Positions 32,266 through 43,464 of a stretch of DNA of 64,000 bases are shown here, piece after piece. The notes under the pieces were generated by a model. That model saw only the letters and a program-made list of their open reading frames with translations. It made no database searches and was not told the DNA's origin. Within the stretch, counting starts at the first letter, position 1. Every line of letters begins with the position of its first letter. The DNA is taken from the NCBI GenBank assembly GCA_963851265.1, contig CAWKNZ010000002.1:1440001-1504000 (forward strand). Direction: 5' to 3'. The translations under genes were made by a program, and so were the position numbers. The stretch is from an uncultured Gemmatimonadales bacterium (GTDB lineage: Bacteria > Gemmatimonadota > Gemmatimonadetes > Gemmatimonadales > Gemmatimonadaceae).

Positions 32266-33242
32266 GCGTCCCCCCGCGCCGCGTCGCCCCGCGCGGCGTC
32301 GGCCAGCTCCGGGCGGCCGCCGGCCAGCAGGTAGAGCACGGCCATGCGCACGGCCACGCCATTCGTGACCTGCTCGAGGATGACGGAGTGCGGTCCGTCG
32401 GCCACGTCGGAATCGATCTCGACGCCGCGGTTCATCGGTCCGGGGTGCAGGATGAGGAGGTCGCGCGGCGCGCGCTCGAGGCGCTCGCGCGTCACGCCGA
32501 ACACGCGGTTGTACTCGCGCTGCGACGGGATGTAGCCGGCGGTCATGCGCTCCAGCTGCAGCCGGAGCACGTTGAGCGCCTCGGCCCACTCGATCGCGGC
32601 CTCGACGCGGTCGAACACTTCGACGCCGAGCTGGTCGACCGCGTTGGGGAGAAGAGACCGCGGGCCGCACACGCCGACTTCGGCGCCCAACGCCTTCAGG
32701 CCCCAGATGTTCGAGCGCGCCACGCGCGAATGGAGCACGTCGCCGACGATGCAGACGCGCCGACCGTCGAGCGACCCGAACCGGTCGCGGAGCGTGAGCA
32801 GGTCCAGCAGCCCCTGTGTGGGGTGCTCGTGCGTGCCGTCGCCCGCGTTGATCACGGTCGAGTCGATGCGTTCGGCGAGGAACCGCGCCGCACCCGACGA
32901 CCCGTGCCGGATGACGACGGTGTCGATCTTCATCGCCTCGAGGTTCCGCGCCGTGTCGACGAGCGTCTCGCCCTTCGACACGCTCGACCCGGCGGACGCG
33001 ATACTCACCGTGTCCGCGCTCAGGCGCTTCTCGGCGAACTCGAACGACACGCGCGTGCGCGTGGACGCCTCGAAGAACAGGTTGACGACGGTCTGCCCCC
33101 GCAGCGTGGGCACCTTCTTGATCGCCCGCTCGCTCACGGCGCGCAGGGGCGCGGCGGTGTCGAGCACGAGCTCGATCTGGGCGCGCGACAGCGACGAGAG
33201 GCCGAGCAGGTCCTTGCCTAACGAGACGGGTACCGCGCTCAC
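32262..33242 (-). CDS. pyrB: Aspartate carbamoyltransferase catalytic subunit
   Basis: [44 protein letters not shown]. Confidence 0.97.
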   Translation of the reverse strand: MSAVPVSLGKDLLGLSSLSRAQIELVLDTAAPLRAVSERAIKKVPTLRGQTVVNLFFEASTRTRVSFEFAEKRLSADTVSIASAGSSVSKGETLVDTARNLEAMKIDTVVIRHGSSGAARFLAERIDSTVINAGDGTHEHPTQGLLDLLTLRDRFGSLDGRRVCIVGDVLHSRVARSNIWGLKALGAEVGVCGPRSLLPNAVDQLGVEVFDRVEAAIEWAEALNVLRLQLERMTAGYIPSQREYNRVFGVTRERLERAPRDLLILHPGPMNRGVEIDSDVADGPHSVILEQVTNGVAVRMAVLYLLAGGRPELADAARGDAARGDA

Positions 33243-33787
33243 GCCGCCCCCGGCGGCTCGTGCACGAGGACCGCGTCGCGGCCGTCCAGCTCCGTGACGA
33301 GCACGTCGACCCGCCCGCCGGCCGGCACCTCCACGCGTCGGCCGACCACGTCGGCGTGGATCGGCAGCTCGCGCGCGCCGCGGTCGACGAGCACGGCGAG
33401 CGCGATACGCGCCGGGCGTCCGAAGTCGGCCAGCTCGTCGAGCGCGGCCCGCACCGTGCGCCCCGTGTAGAGCACGTCGTCGACGATCACGACGTGCGCG
33501 CCGTCCACGCTCGTGGGCAGCGAGGTCGGCCCGACCACGGGGCGGGGGCCGACCGTCTGGAGGTCGTCGCGGTAGAGCGTGATGTCGAGCGCCCCGCGCG
33601 CGACCTCGACACCCTCGCTCGCGCGAATGGTGCGCGCCAGGCGCTCCGCGAGCTGCACGCCGCGGCGCTGGATTCCGACGAGCAAGAGGGCGTCGGTCCC
33701 GGCGTTCAGCTCGAGGATCTCGCTCGCCATGCGCGTCAACGTCCGCTCGAACGCACGCGCATCGAGCAGGGTGCGCTCCGATGACAT
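33239..33787 (-). CDS. pyrR: Bifunctional pyr regulator / uracil phosphoribosyltransferase
   Basis: [41 protein letters not shown]. Confidence 0.95.
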   Translation of the reverse strand: MSSERTLLDARAFERTLTRMASEILELNAGTDALLLVGIQRRGVQLAERLARTIRASEGVEVARGALDITLYRDDLQTVGPRPVVGPTSLPTSVDGAHVVIVDDVLYTGRTVRAALDELADFGRPARIALAVLVDRGARELPIHADVVGRRVEVPAGGRVDVLVTELDGRDAVLVHEPPGAA

Positions 33788-33816
33788 GGCGCGCGAATAT
33801 AGCGGCCGCGCCGCGA

Positions 33817-33903
33817 CGGACAGGGAGGGATTCGAACCCTCGAGACGGTTGCCCGCCCACACGCTTTCCAGGCGTGCGCCTTAAACCACTCGGCCACCTG
33901 TCC
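33817..33903 (-). tRNA. tRNA-Ser(GGA)
   Basis: GGACAGGTGGCCGAGTGGTTTAAGGCG-CACGC-CTGGAAA-GCGTG, long variable arm, GAGGGTTCGAATCCCTC-CCTGTCCG; CCA not encoded. Confidence 0.95.
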
Positions 33904-33954
33904 TCTGTTCCACAACGCGCGGGGCCGCGGAGCGTAGGCCCCGCGGCCCCGGAA

Positions 33955-34041
33955 CGGACAGGGTGAGATTCGAACTCACGGTACCGTTGCCGGTACGCCG
34001 GTTTTCGAGACCGGTGCCTTCAACCACTCGGCCACCTGTCC
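33955..34041 (-). tRNA. tRNA-Ser(CGA)
   Basis: GGACAGGTGGCCGAGTGGTTGAAGGCA-CCGGT-CTCGAAA-ACCGG, long variable arm, GTGAGTTCGAATCTCAC-CCTGTCCG; CCA not encoded. Confidence 0.95.
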
Positions 34042-34055
34042 AAGTCCGGGCGGAG

Positions 34056-34084
34056 AGTCTAGCCCTGGCCGCCGGGGGTGTCAA
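34056..34084 (-). promoter_or_regulatory. Sigma70-type promoter for the tRNA-Ser pair, embedded in the tadA 3' end
   Basis: TTGACA (34084-34079), 17-nt spacer, TAGACT (34061-34056); the TAG of the -10 box is the tadA stop codon. Confidence 0.8.
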
Positions 34085-34547
34085 CGTCGCGCGGGACGCC
34101 ACGCCGTCGCGCGAAAAACGCGCGCAGCAGCTCGCCGCACTCGCGTTCCAGCACGCCGCCGCGCACCGCCGGACGGTGGTTGAGGCGCGCGTGGCGCAGC
34201 ACGTCGCCGACCGAGCCGGCCATGCCCGCCTTGTCGTCCCACGCGCCGAACACGACCCGGTCGACGCGCGCGAGCACGAGCGCGCCGGCGCACATCGCGC
34301 ACGGTTCCAGGGTGACGTACAACGTGCACCCGTCGAGTCGCCAGCGGCCAAGGGCGGCGGACGCGGCGCGTATCGCCAGCACCTCGGCGTGCGCCGTCGG
34401 ATCCTGATCGCGCATGGTCCGGTTACTCGCGTCGGCGACGACGCGCGCGTCGCGCACGATCACCGCACCGACGGGCACGTCCGCGCCCGCGCCACCCGCG
34501 ACCGCGAGCGCCGCGCCCATCCACCGTTCGTCGTCGGCGGGCGACAT
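34059..34547 (-). CDS. tadA: tRNA adenosine(34) deaminase
   Basis: [36 protein letters not shown]. Confidence 0.92.
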   Translation of the reverse strand: MSPADDERWMGAALAVAGGAGADVPVGAVIVRDARVVADASNRTMRDQDPTAHAEVLAIRAASAALGRWRLDGCTLYVTLEPCAMCAGALVLARVDRVVFGAWDDKAGMAGSVGDVLRHARLNHRPAVRGGVLERECGELLRAFFARRRGVPRDVDTPGGQG

Positions 34548-34880
34548 CGTCGGATGCTAGTGCAAGTCGCGGTCGAGTGTAGGCGAAGCGGCAGGGTGCG
34601 GGGAAGCTCCAGGCCCGAGTTCCCCGACCATCCGACCGTCGTCTCGGTCGCGGTCTCTGACACCGAGCGGGACGTGAGAATCTGGCGTTCCCCGGCGCGC
34701 GGGTGCGCGGATCCGGGCGCGTCGGCCGCACGAGATGTAAGCTGGTCGGGTCACCACCCCAGCGCCGTGTCCGGGGTGTCGCGCGGCGCCCCATGCGGCG
34801 CGACCGGGCGGCACGCGCCCGGTGCCCGGCCCGTCGGTGTGCGATCTATTCGCGCGCCGCCCATCCCGAGGAGGTCCCCG

Positions 34881-35690
34881 GTGTCCCGTCACGTCGCGCT
34901 CTACGACACGTCCTACCGCCACTTCGCCGCGGCCGCCGAGGCGGCCGTTCGGGCCGAGACCTACGGCGAGGACCTCGGCCAGAGCAGCTGGCTCACGGCG
35001 GACGAGTGGCGCGCGAGCATCGCACTGCTCGCGCTTTCGCCCGACGCCCACGTGCTCGAGGTGGGCAGCGGCTCCGGCGGCCCGGCCGTCTACCTCGCGC
35101 GCGCCACGGGGTGCCGCGTCACTGGCGTGGACGTGAACGCGCACGGCGTGGCGAACGCCGAGGCGCTCGCGCGCGCGCAGGGCGTGCAAGGGTGCGCCGC
35201 GTTCCGCGCACTGGACGCGCGCCGGCCGCTGCCCTTCGCCGACGACACGTTCGACGCGGTGATCGCGAACGACGCGATGTGCCACCTCGCGAACCGCGGC
35301 GCCGTGCTTCGCGAGTGGCACCGCGTGGTCCGCCCCGGCGGCCGCGTGCTGTTCACCGACGCGATGGTGGTCACCGGCGAAGTGTCGGACGAGGAGCTCG
35401 CCGCGCGCAGTTCGATCGGCCAGTACGTGTTCGTGCCGCCGGGGCTGAACGAGCGGCTGCTCGGTGAGGCGGGGTTCGCCGTCGAGCGCGTCGAGGACGC
35501 GACCGCGAACGCGGCGGCGATCTCGGCGCGCTGGCGCGCGGCGCGCGAGCGGCACAGAGAGGCGCTGGTCGCGGAAGAGGGAGCGGCGACCTTCGACGGG
35601 CTGCAGGCGTTCCTCGCCTGCGTGCACGCGCTCTCGGCGGAGCGGCGGCTGACGCGATGGCTCTACCTCGCGGCCAAGCCGCCGGCGTGA
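34881..35690 (+). CDS. Class I SAM-dependent methyltransferase
   Basis: GAGGAGG RBS at 34868-34874, GTG at 34881; VLEVGSGSGG, VTGVDVN, LPFADDTFD, RPGGRV. Confidence 0.88.
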   Translation: MSRHVALYDTSYRHFAAAAEAAVRAETYGEDLGQSSWLTADEWRASIALLALSPDAHVLEVGSGSGGPAVYLARATGCRVTGVDVNAHGVANAEALARAQGVQGCAAFRALDARRPLPFADDTFDAVIANDAMCHLANRGAVLREWHRVVRPGGRVLFTDAMVVTGEVSDEELAARSSIGQYVFVPPGLNERLLGEAGFAVERVEDATANAAAISARWRAARERHREALVAEEGAATFDGLQAFLACVHALSAERRLTRWLYLAAKPPA

Positions 35691-36073
35691 GCCGGGCGAC
35701 GCGGGCGGCTCGTCGAAACCCCTCGAACGGGGTGCGACGAACGCAGGCGCGTGCGCGACGGTCGTCGCACGCGTCGCCGGCCGACGACGTCCGGAACGCT
35801 CGGCGGCGAGAACGAAGATGACCGGTTTTCAGGCGAGCGAGACGGGCACGGCCGCGTTGCGCGGACGGACAGGTTCTGCAACGGGTTACGCGACGACGGA
35901 CGCGCCGTCGAGAGGGCTGCGGGCCGTGACGACCGTCGCAACGCACGCGGGAATCATCGTGCTTGCTACAATCGAACGCGAACTGCTCTAACGTTCGCCC
36001 GTCGCCGCCGAGCGCCCGGCGGCGCCCGTCGCGCCGTGCGACCGAACTGCCCGAGCCTGGATCGAGAGCCCGC

Positions 36074-36700
36074 ATGAACGGACGCGCGACGTTGATCGCA
36101 GGCCGGCTCGCGCTGGCGCTGCTCGTCCTTGCGGCCGTCGGCGCGCAGCTCGCGATCCACGTCGCAGCCGGCTACAGCGTGGTGTCGTTTTTCAGCTACT
36201 TCACGAATCTCTCGAACCTGTTTGCGGCGGCCGTCCTTACCGTCGGCGCGACGCGTCTCGCGCGGGGTCGCGCGCCGACGCGGACCAGCGATTCGATGCG
36301 CGGGGCGGCCGTCGTGAACATGCTCGTTGTCGGCCTCGTGTTCAGCCTCCTGCTCCGGAACGTCGATCTCGGCGCGCTGCGGCCGTGGGTCAACGGAGTG
36401 CTGCACTACGTCATGCCGGTCGCGGTCGCTCTCGAGTGGGTACTCGCCCCACCGACGGCGCGGCTCGGCCGTGGCGACGCGATACGCTGGCTCGCCTTCC
36501 CGACGGCATACCTCGCGTACTCGCTCGCGCGCGGCGCCCTCACCGGGTGGTACCCGTATCCGTTCCTCAACCCGGCGACGATCGGCGGGTACGGACACGT
36601 CGCGGCGTACGCGGTCGGGATTTTCGGCCTGTTCGCGGTGCTCGCGTTGCTCGTGCTCGCCGTGGGCAACGCCCGGCGGCGACCGGCCGCACCCGCATGA
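36074..36700 (+). CDS. Pr6Pr-like (FAR-17a/AIG1-like) integral membrane protein
   Basis: About six TM helices; FFSYFTNLSN, LHYVMP and WYPYPFLNP motifs. Confidence 0.8.
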   Translation: MNGRATLIAGRLALALLVLAAVGAQLAIHVAAGYSVVSFFSYFTNLSNLFAAAVLTVGATRLARGRAPTRTSDSMRGAAVVNMLVVGLVFSLLLRNVDLGALRPWVNGVLHYVMPVAVALEWVLAPPTARLGRGDAIRWLAFPTAYLAYSLARGALTGWYPYPFLNPATIGGYGHVAAYAVGIFGLFAVLALLVLAVGNARRRPAAPA

Positions 36701-36785
36701 ACGCGCCGCCTCCCGCAACGGTCGGCGGACCGCCGTGGGTGCCTCGGCCGCGAAACCGGCGGCGAGCGACGACGTAGGACGGCGT

Positions 36786-37466
36786 ATGCAGCCCCCGCCT
36801 ACGCCTACGCCTACGCCGATGCCAGCGCCGGACCCACCGTCCGCGCCGGCCCCGTTCGAAGCGAACGCCTCGACAGGCGCCGCTCCGCGGACCGTCCAGG
36901 AACTCGCCGGTCTGCGGCGGCAGCGCGACGAACTCACGCAACAGCTCGTCGCGACGCATTCCCGTCGCGGCGAACTCGTTCGTGAAATGGTCAGCACCGA
37001 CCCGGGCGCGCGCGGCGTCCTGCGCGAGCAGATGGCCCAGCTCGACTTCCGGGTGCTGATGCTCGAGAAGGACGTCACGTCTGTCGATCATGCGATCGCG
37101 TCCGCGCCCCCCTCAATCGCGGCCGACGCGTCGCCGAACATTCCGGGGTTTCGCACCCTCGTACCGCCGCGCGGTTTCGTGCTCGCCGGCCCGCGCGGCC
37201 CGTCGGCGAACACCGTACCGGTGTTGCTGGTCCTCATCTTCGCGATGCAACTGTCGGCGATCGCTCGCGGGCGTTGGCGCCGCGGGCGCGCGGCCGCGGT
37301 CGACCCGATGTTGCGCGAATCGGCCGCGCGCCTGGCCCGCGTCGAACAAGCGGTCGAGGCGATCGCGATCGAGGTGGAGCGCGTCAGCGAGGGCCAACGC
37401 TTCATCACGCGCGCGCTCGGCCCGGCGCGCGCCGAGCCGGCATACCTGGACGTGGACGGGCGCTGA
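36786..37466 (+). CDS. Hypothetical coiled-coil membrane protein
   Basis: Pro-rich N-terminus, coiled coil, one TM, C-terminal RLARVEQAVEAIAIEVERVSEGQRF; start uncertain. Confidence 0.6.
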   Translation: MQPPPTPTPTPMPAPDPPSAPAPFEANASTGAAPRTVQELAGLRRQRDELTQQLVATHSRRGELVREMVSTDPGARGVLREQMAQLDFRVLMLEKDVTSVDHAIASAPPSIAADASPNIPGFRTLVPPRGFVLAGPRGPSANTVPVLLVLIFAMQLSAIARGRWRRGRAAAVDPMLRESAARLARVEQAVEAIAIEVERVSEGQRFITRALGPARAEPAYLDVDGR

Positions 37467-37561
37467 CGCGTCCGCGGCGCGGGCCGCGGTGGTCGAGATC
37501 CGACGGGATGCGCAACCCGCGCGGGACCCTATGTTGAGCCGCACCGCGCTCCACAGCTCTT

Positions 37562-38389
37562 ATGTCTGCGCAGCCTGAGGCCACATTGTTCCATCGACCG
37601 CCGCCCCGCTATACGCCACGCGTTGTCCTCGTGACGGCCTTGTTCGCCGTTCCCGGGTTCGCGCGCGCGCAGCCCGCGTGCGTGTCGGGCACCGTCACCG
37701 ATTACGCTGGACTCGGGTCCACCGGCTGCGCCATCGGCGACGTGACGTTCAGGTACCTCGACGACATTCCCGACCGGAGCGCGATCTCGACCGCGCGGCT
37801 CACCCCATTCTCGCTTCCGCTGGTCGGCGGTGCGCGGCTCGTCGGTTTCGACTTCGCGTTCGCGACGCCAAACGTACTCACGCAGACCGTGCCTGCTGGC
37901 GCGCCCGGCACGACCGACGGGGACTCCCCACTCGTCGCGTTTCTCGCGTCGGCGACGAACGGCAGCAGCATCACCGGCGTGAGGTTGCTCGGGTACACCA
38001 TCAGCGCTGCGTCGGCGACCGCGGCGCTCGGCGCAGACGCGCGCGTCGCGGCCACCGTGGGCTCGGCCACCTCGACCGACATCCATCAGGTGAGCGCACA
38101 TGTCTCGTCGCCGCCGCCGTGCGTCTTTTCGTTCTGTCCGGGCAACGTCGACGCCGTCGATTTCGCCCCGATCTCCGTCGGGTCTTTCTACCTGGGGAAC
38201 GGCGTCGAACTCCTCGCGACGGGTCAGCTCGATACGGCCCCGGGAACGGCCTACGCCAGGGTTGACGGTTTTCAGGCCGCGCTCGTCGTCGGCCCGGCCG
38301 TTGTCCCAGAACCGTCCTCGCGCGCGCTCGTTATGCTCGCGGTGATGAGCGGGGGGGTGCTCATAAGGTGGCGCGCGCGCCGACGCTGA
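37562..38389 (+). CDS. PEP-CTERM sorting domain protein
   Basis: Signal peptide (VVLVTALFAVPGFARA-Q); C-terminal VPEPSS, hydrophobic helix, then RWRARRR. Confidence 0.78.
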   Translation: MSAQPEATLFHRPPPRYTPRVVLVTALFAVPGFARAQPACVSGTVTDYAGLGSTGCAIGDVTFRYLDDIPDRSAISTARLTPFSLPLVGGARLVGFDFAFATPNVLTQTVPAGAPGTTDGDSPLVAFLASATNGSSITGVRLLGYTISAASATAALGADARVAATVGSATSTDIHQVSAHVSSPPPCVFSFCPGNVDAVDFAPISVGSFYLGNGVELLATGQLDTAPGTAYARVDGFQAALVVGPAVVPEPSSRALVMLAVMSGGVLIRWRARRR

Positions 38390-38455
38390 GGCATGTGCGA
38401 ACAGGGCGCGGACTCGCGTCCGCGCCCCGTCGCGACACTCGCGGCTCCGCGCCGC

Positions 38456-41065
<2,610 letters not shown>

Positions 41066-41337
41066 CTGGGTCGGGCGTTGAACGTGAGAGAGTAACGGCT
41101 CGCGGGGGCGCGCCGACGGCGCTGCTCGACCCGCGCGCGGGACGCCCCAGTGTAGAGCAACGCGAGTGCCCCGCCTGTAGGACATCATGGCGCGCTCTCG
41201 CGTGGCGGCCCTGCCGGTTTCGCCGGTGTGGATGCCGAAACGACGCTGGGCATCGCCGACGCGGCGAACCCATCTTTGAAGCTACTCGCGTGCTGCCGCG
41301 CGGACCCGCCGTATCGTCCCGCGCTCGACGAGCTCCG

Positions 41338-42150
41338 CTACGCGCGACCGCCCTGAGCGCCGCCCGCGAGCGCGGCACCTTCCCACACCTCGAATGCCCG
41401 GAGCGGGCGCCCGTCCGTCAGGTGCTCGCGAAGGAACTCGCGCAGCAACCGCTGGTGCGCCCGCACCGTCGCGCCGTCCATGGGTACGATCTCGCGCACC
41501 AGCGTCGCGCCGGCGATGTCGTGCGGGTCCGCGCCGAGCCACACGCGGAGCGACGCGCGCGCGGCGACCGGCAGCGTGCGCGTGGTCCCGCCGAGTCGCG
41601 CGCAGCCGTCGCAGAGCGCACCGCCCAACGGCTGGCTGAACCGCGCCGCCGCGTCGGCGTCCAGCTCGCGCCCGCACCGGGCGCAGGCGTCGAGCGACGG
41701 CGTGAAGCCTAACGCGCCGACCAACGCCCACGCGCCGGCGAGCCCGGCCTCGCGCGCGAGTCCCGCCGGCACGGTCTCGATCGCGTCGAGTGCGGCGACG
41801 AGCGCGTCGTACCACGCCGGATCGGGCTCGTCGCGCCCGAAGCGCAGCACGAGTTCCGCGATCACCGCCGCGGTCGTGAACCGATCGAGGTCATGGCCGA
41901 GCGCGACCCGCGCACGCGTCACGTCGAACGCGGCGAGCGTGTGCAGGTCGCGGCCGGACTTCGCGTAGTACGCCGCCTCGCCCTGGGCAAACAGATCGAC
42001 GGCCGACCCGAAGCGGCGTTGTGTCTTACGCGCGCCCTTCGCCATCACCGACACGACGCCGTGCGCGCGCGTCGCGAGCCGCAGGATGCGCGAACTCTCG
42101 GAGTAGAGCTGCGCGTGTAGCACGACGGCGTCGGTCGCGGCAAGGGCCAT
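41338..42150 (-). CDS. recO: DNA repair protein RecO
   Basis: TDAVVL...YSESSRIL..AT..HG, AKGARK..RRF, CARCG...GALCDGC zinc finger. Confidence 0.9.
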   Translation of the reverse strand: MALAATDAVVLHAQLYSESSRILRLATRAHGVVSVMAKGARKTQRRFGSAVDLFAQGEAAYYAKSGRDLHTLAAFDVTRARVALGHDLDRFTTAAVIAELVLRFGRDEPDPAWYDALVAALDAIETVPAGLAREAGLAGAWALVGALGFTPSLDACARCGRELDADAAARFSQPLGGALCDGCARLGGTTRTLPVAARASLRVWLGADPHDIAGATLVREIVPMDGATVRAHQRLLREFLREHLTDGRPLRAFEVWEGAALAGGAQGGRA

Positions 42151-42203
42151 CTGCGAAAGCTACCCCGGCTTGCGCGCCCCCACGCGCCGCGGCGCCGTCG
42201 ATC

Positions 42204-43457
42204 TCACACGGCGGCCGCGGAGCCCTCGAGTTGCTCCGCCAGCTGGCGCTTCAACCGCTCGCGCGCACGCGCGTACGCCTCCGCCTCGGCGTCGGACGTT
42301 TCCGATCCTGCGGCCGCCCGCGCCGAGTGTGCGTCATCGAGCGCCGCGAGTTCGGCGAGCAGCGCGTCGGCCGTCTGTGGCGCGGCCGTGCCAGCGGGAC
42401 GCCCTATCGTTTCCGTGGGGCGCGACGCGGCGCGACGCCGGTACGCGGCAAGCAGTCCGACCGTCATAGCCCCGCCGACGCTCGCGATGAGCGCGGGGAC
42501 CGCCCACGTCGGCCACACGTTCCCCGGCGTGGTGGGGACGTCGACCGTCACCGGCGTGCCCGCGGGCACGTCCTGCGCGAGATAGCGGTGAAACGTGTGC
42601 CCTTCGACCGCCGCCGGTGCTGCCTGCACGAGCGTTCCGCCCGTCGCGATCCCGCGCGGGTCCTCAATGAGTACTTCGAGCACCGACGTCGGCGCGTCGA
42701 CCGGGACCGACATCGGGAAACGCGCGGCCGGGATCCGATACGAGAATGCCACCTGCTTGAGCCCGGGGGCGAGCGGCGCGCGCAACACCGCCCGTCCGTT
42801 CGTCAGGGACATGCCGTCAGGCGGTACGTCGGCGCTCGGGCGCACGGCAAACGCGGTCGCGCCGGCGGGGAGCGGAGCCGACCACACCCCGGCCGACGAC
42901 GTGGCCGACGGTACGCCGGTTCGAGGACCGTCGTTCGACAACTCGTACACGTCCAGCACGTCGCGCGCGCCGTCCGGCGTTGCCCGCCCGATCGCGACGT
43001 GACGCCCGCGCACGGTGACGGGTACGCGCGCCGAGGTCGTGTCGAATACGGTGACCTCGGCCTTCTCCCCAGTGACGACGGCATCGCGCAGTGGCGCCGA
43101 GAAGTACGCGATGCCTCCGTACTGGACCGAGACGAAGTAGATCGCGCTGGCGACGCCCGTGGGACGGTACGTGAACGCGAACGTTCCGTCCGCCCCGGTG
43201 CGCACGGAGTCGAGCGGGCCCGCGGCGTCGGACGCGACCCGGTGGAGCGTGACCCAGGTGCCAGGCACCGGCTGCATCGCGCTGTCGCGGGGCGTGACCA
43301 CGCGCCCGCGCACCCGCCGCGTGCCGTTCGGCAACACGGCCGGGCGGTCGACGCTGGCCGAGTCGAGCGCGTTCTGTGCCGCGGCCCGCGCCGGAACGGA
43401 CGCGGCGCCCGCGAATGCGAGCGTCGCCGCCGGCCACGCGGCCCATGTGGCGCGCAC
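42204..43457 (-). CDS. Secreted/membrane-anchored hypothetical protein
   Basis: Signal peptide (..ARAAA-Q), carboxypeptidase-regulatory-like beta domain (VRGRV...TGADGTFAF), C-terminal TM and LLAELAALDD...YARARERLK helix. Confidence 0.65.
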   Translation of the reverse strand: MRATWAAWPAATLAFAGAASVPARAAAQNALDSASVDRPAVLPNGTRRVRGRVVTPRDSAMQPVPGTWVTLHRVASDAAGPLDSVRTGADGTFAFTYRPTGVASAIYFVSVQYGGIAYFSAPLRDAVVTGEKAEVTVFDTTSARVPVTVRGRHVAIGRATPDGARDVLDVYELSNDGPRTGVPSATSSAGVWSAPLPAGATAFAVRPSADVPPDGMSLTNGRAVLRAPLAPGLKQVAFSYRIPAARFPMSVPVDAPTSVLEVLIEDPRGIATGGTLVQAAPAAVEGHTFHRYLAQDVPAGTPVTVDVPTTPGNVWPTWAVPALIASVGGAMTVGLLAAYRRRAASRPTETIGRPAGTAAPQTADALLAELAALDDAHSARAAAGSETSDAEAEAYARARERLKRQLAEQLEGSAAAV

Positions 43458-43464
43458 CGCCGCC

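Noticed and set aside
33817..34041. tRNA-Ser pair as an integration site for a genomic island
   Set aside because: No integrase and no duplicated tRNA 3' fragment; pyrR follows directly. The similarity between the two is ordinary isoacceptor identity.
34548..34880. SRP RNA (ffs), often found near tadA, or a SAM/cobalamin riboswitch
   Set aside because: I could not find the SRP domain IV motif (TCAGG...GGAAG..AGCAG) or riboswitch core motifs on either strand. Kept only as an unclassified structure.
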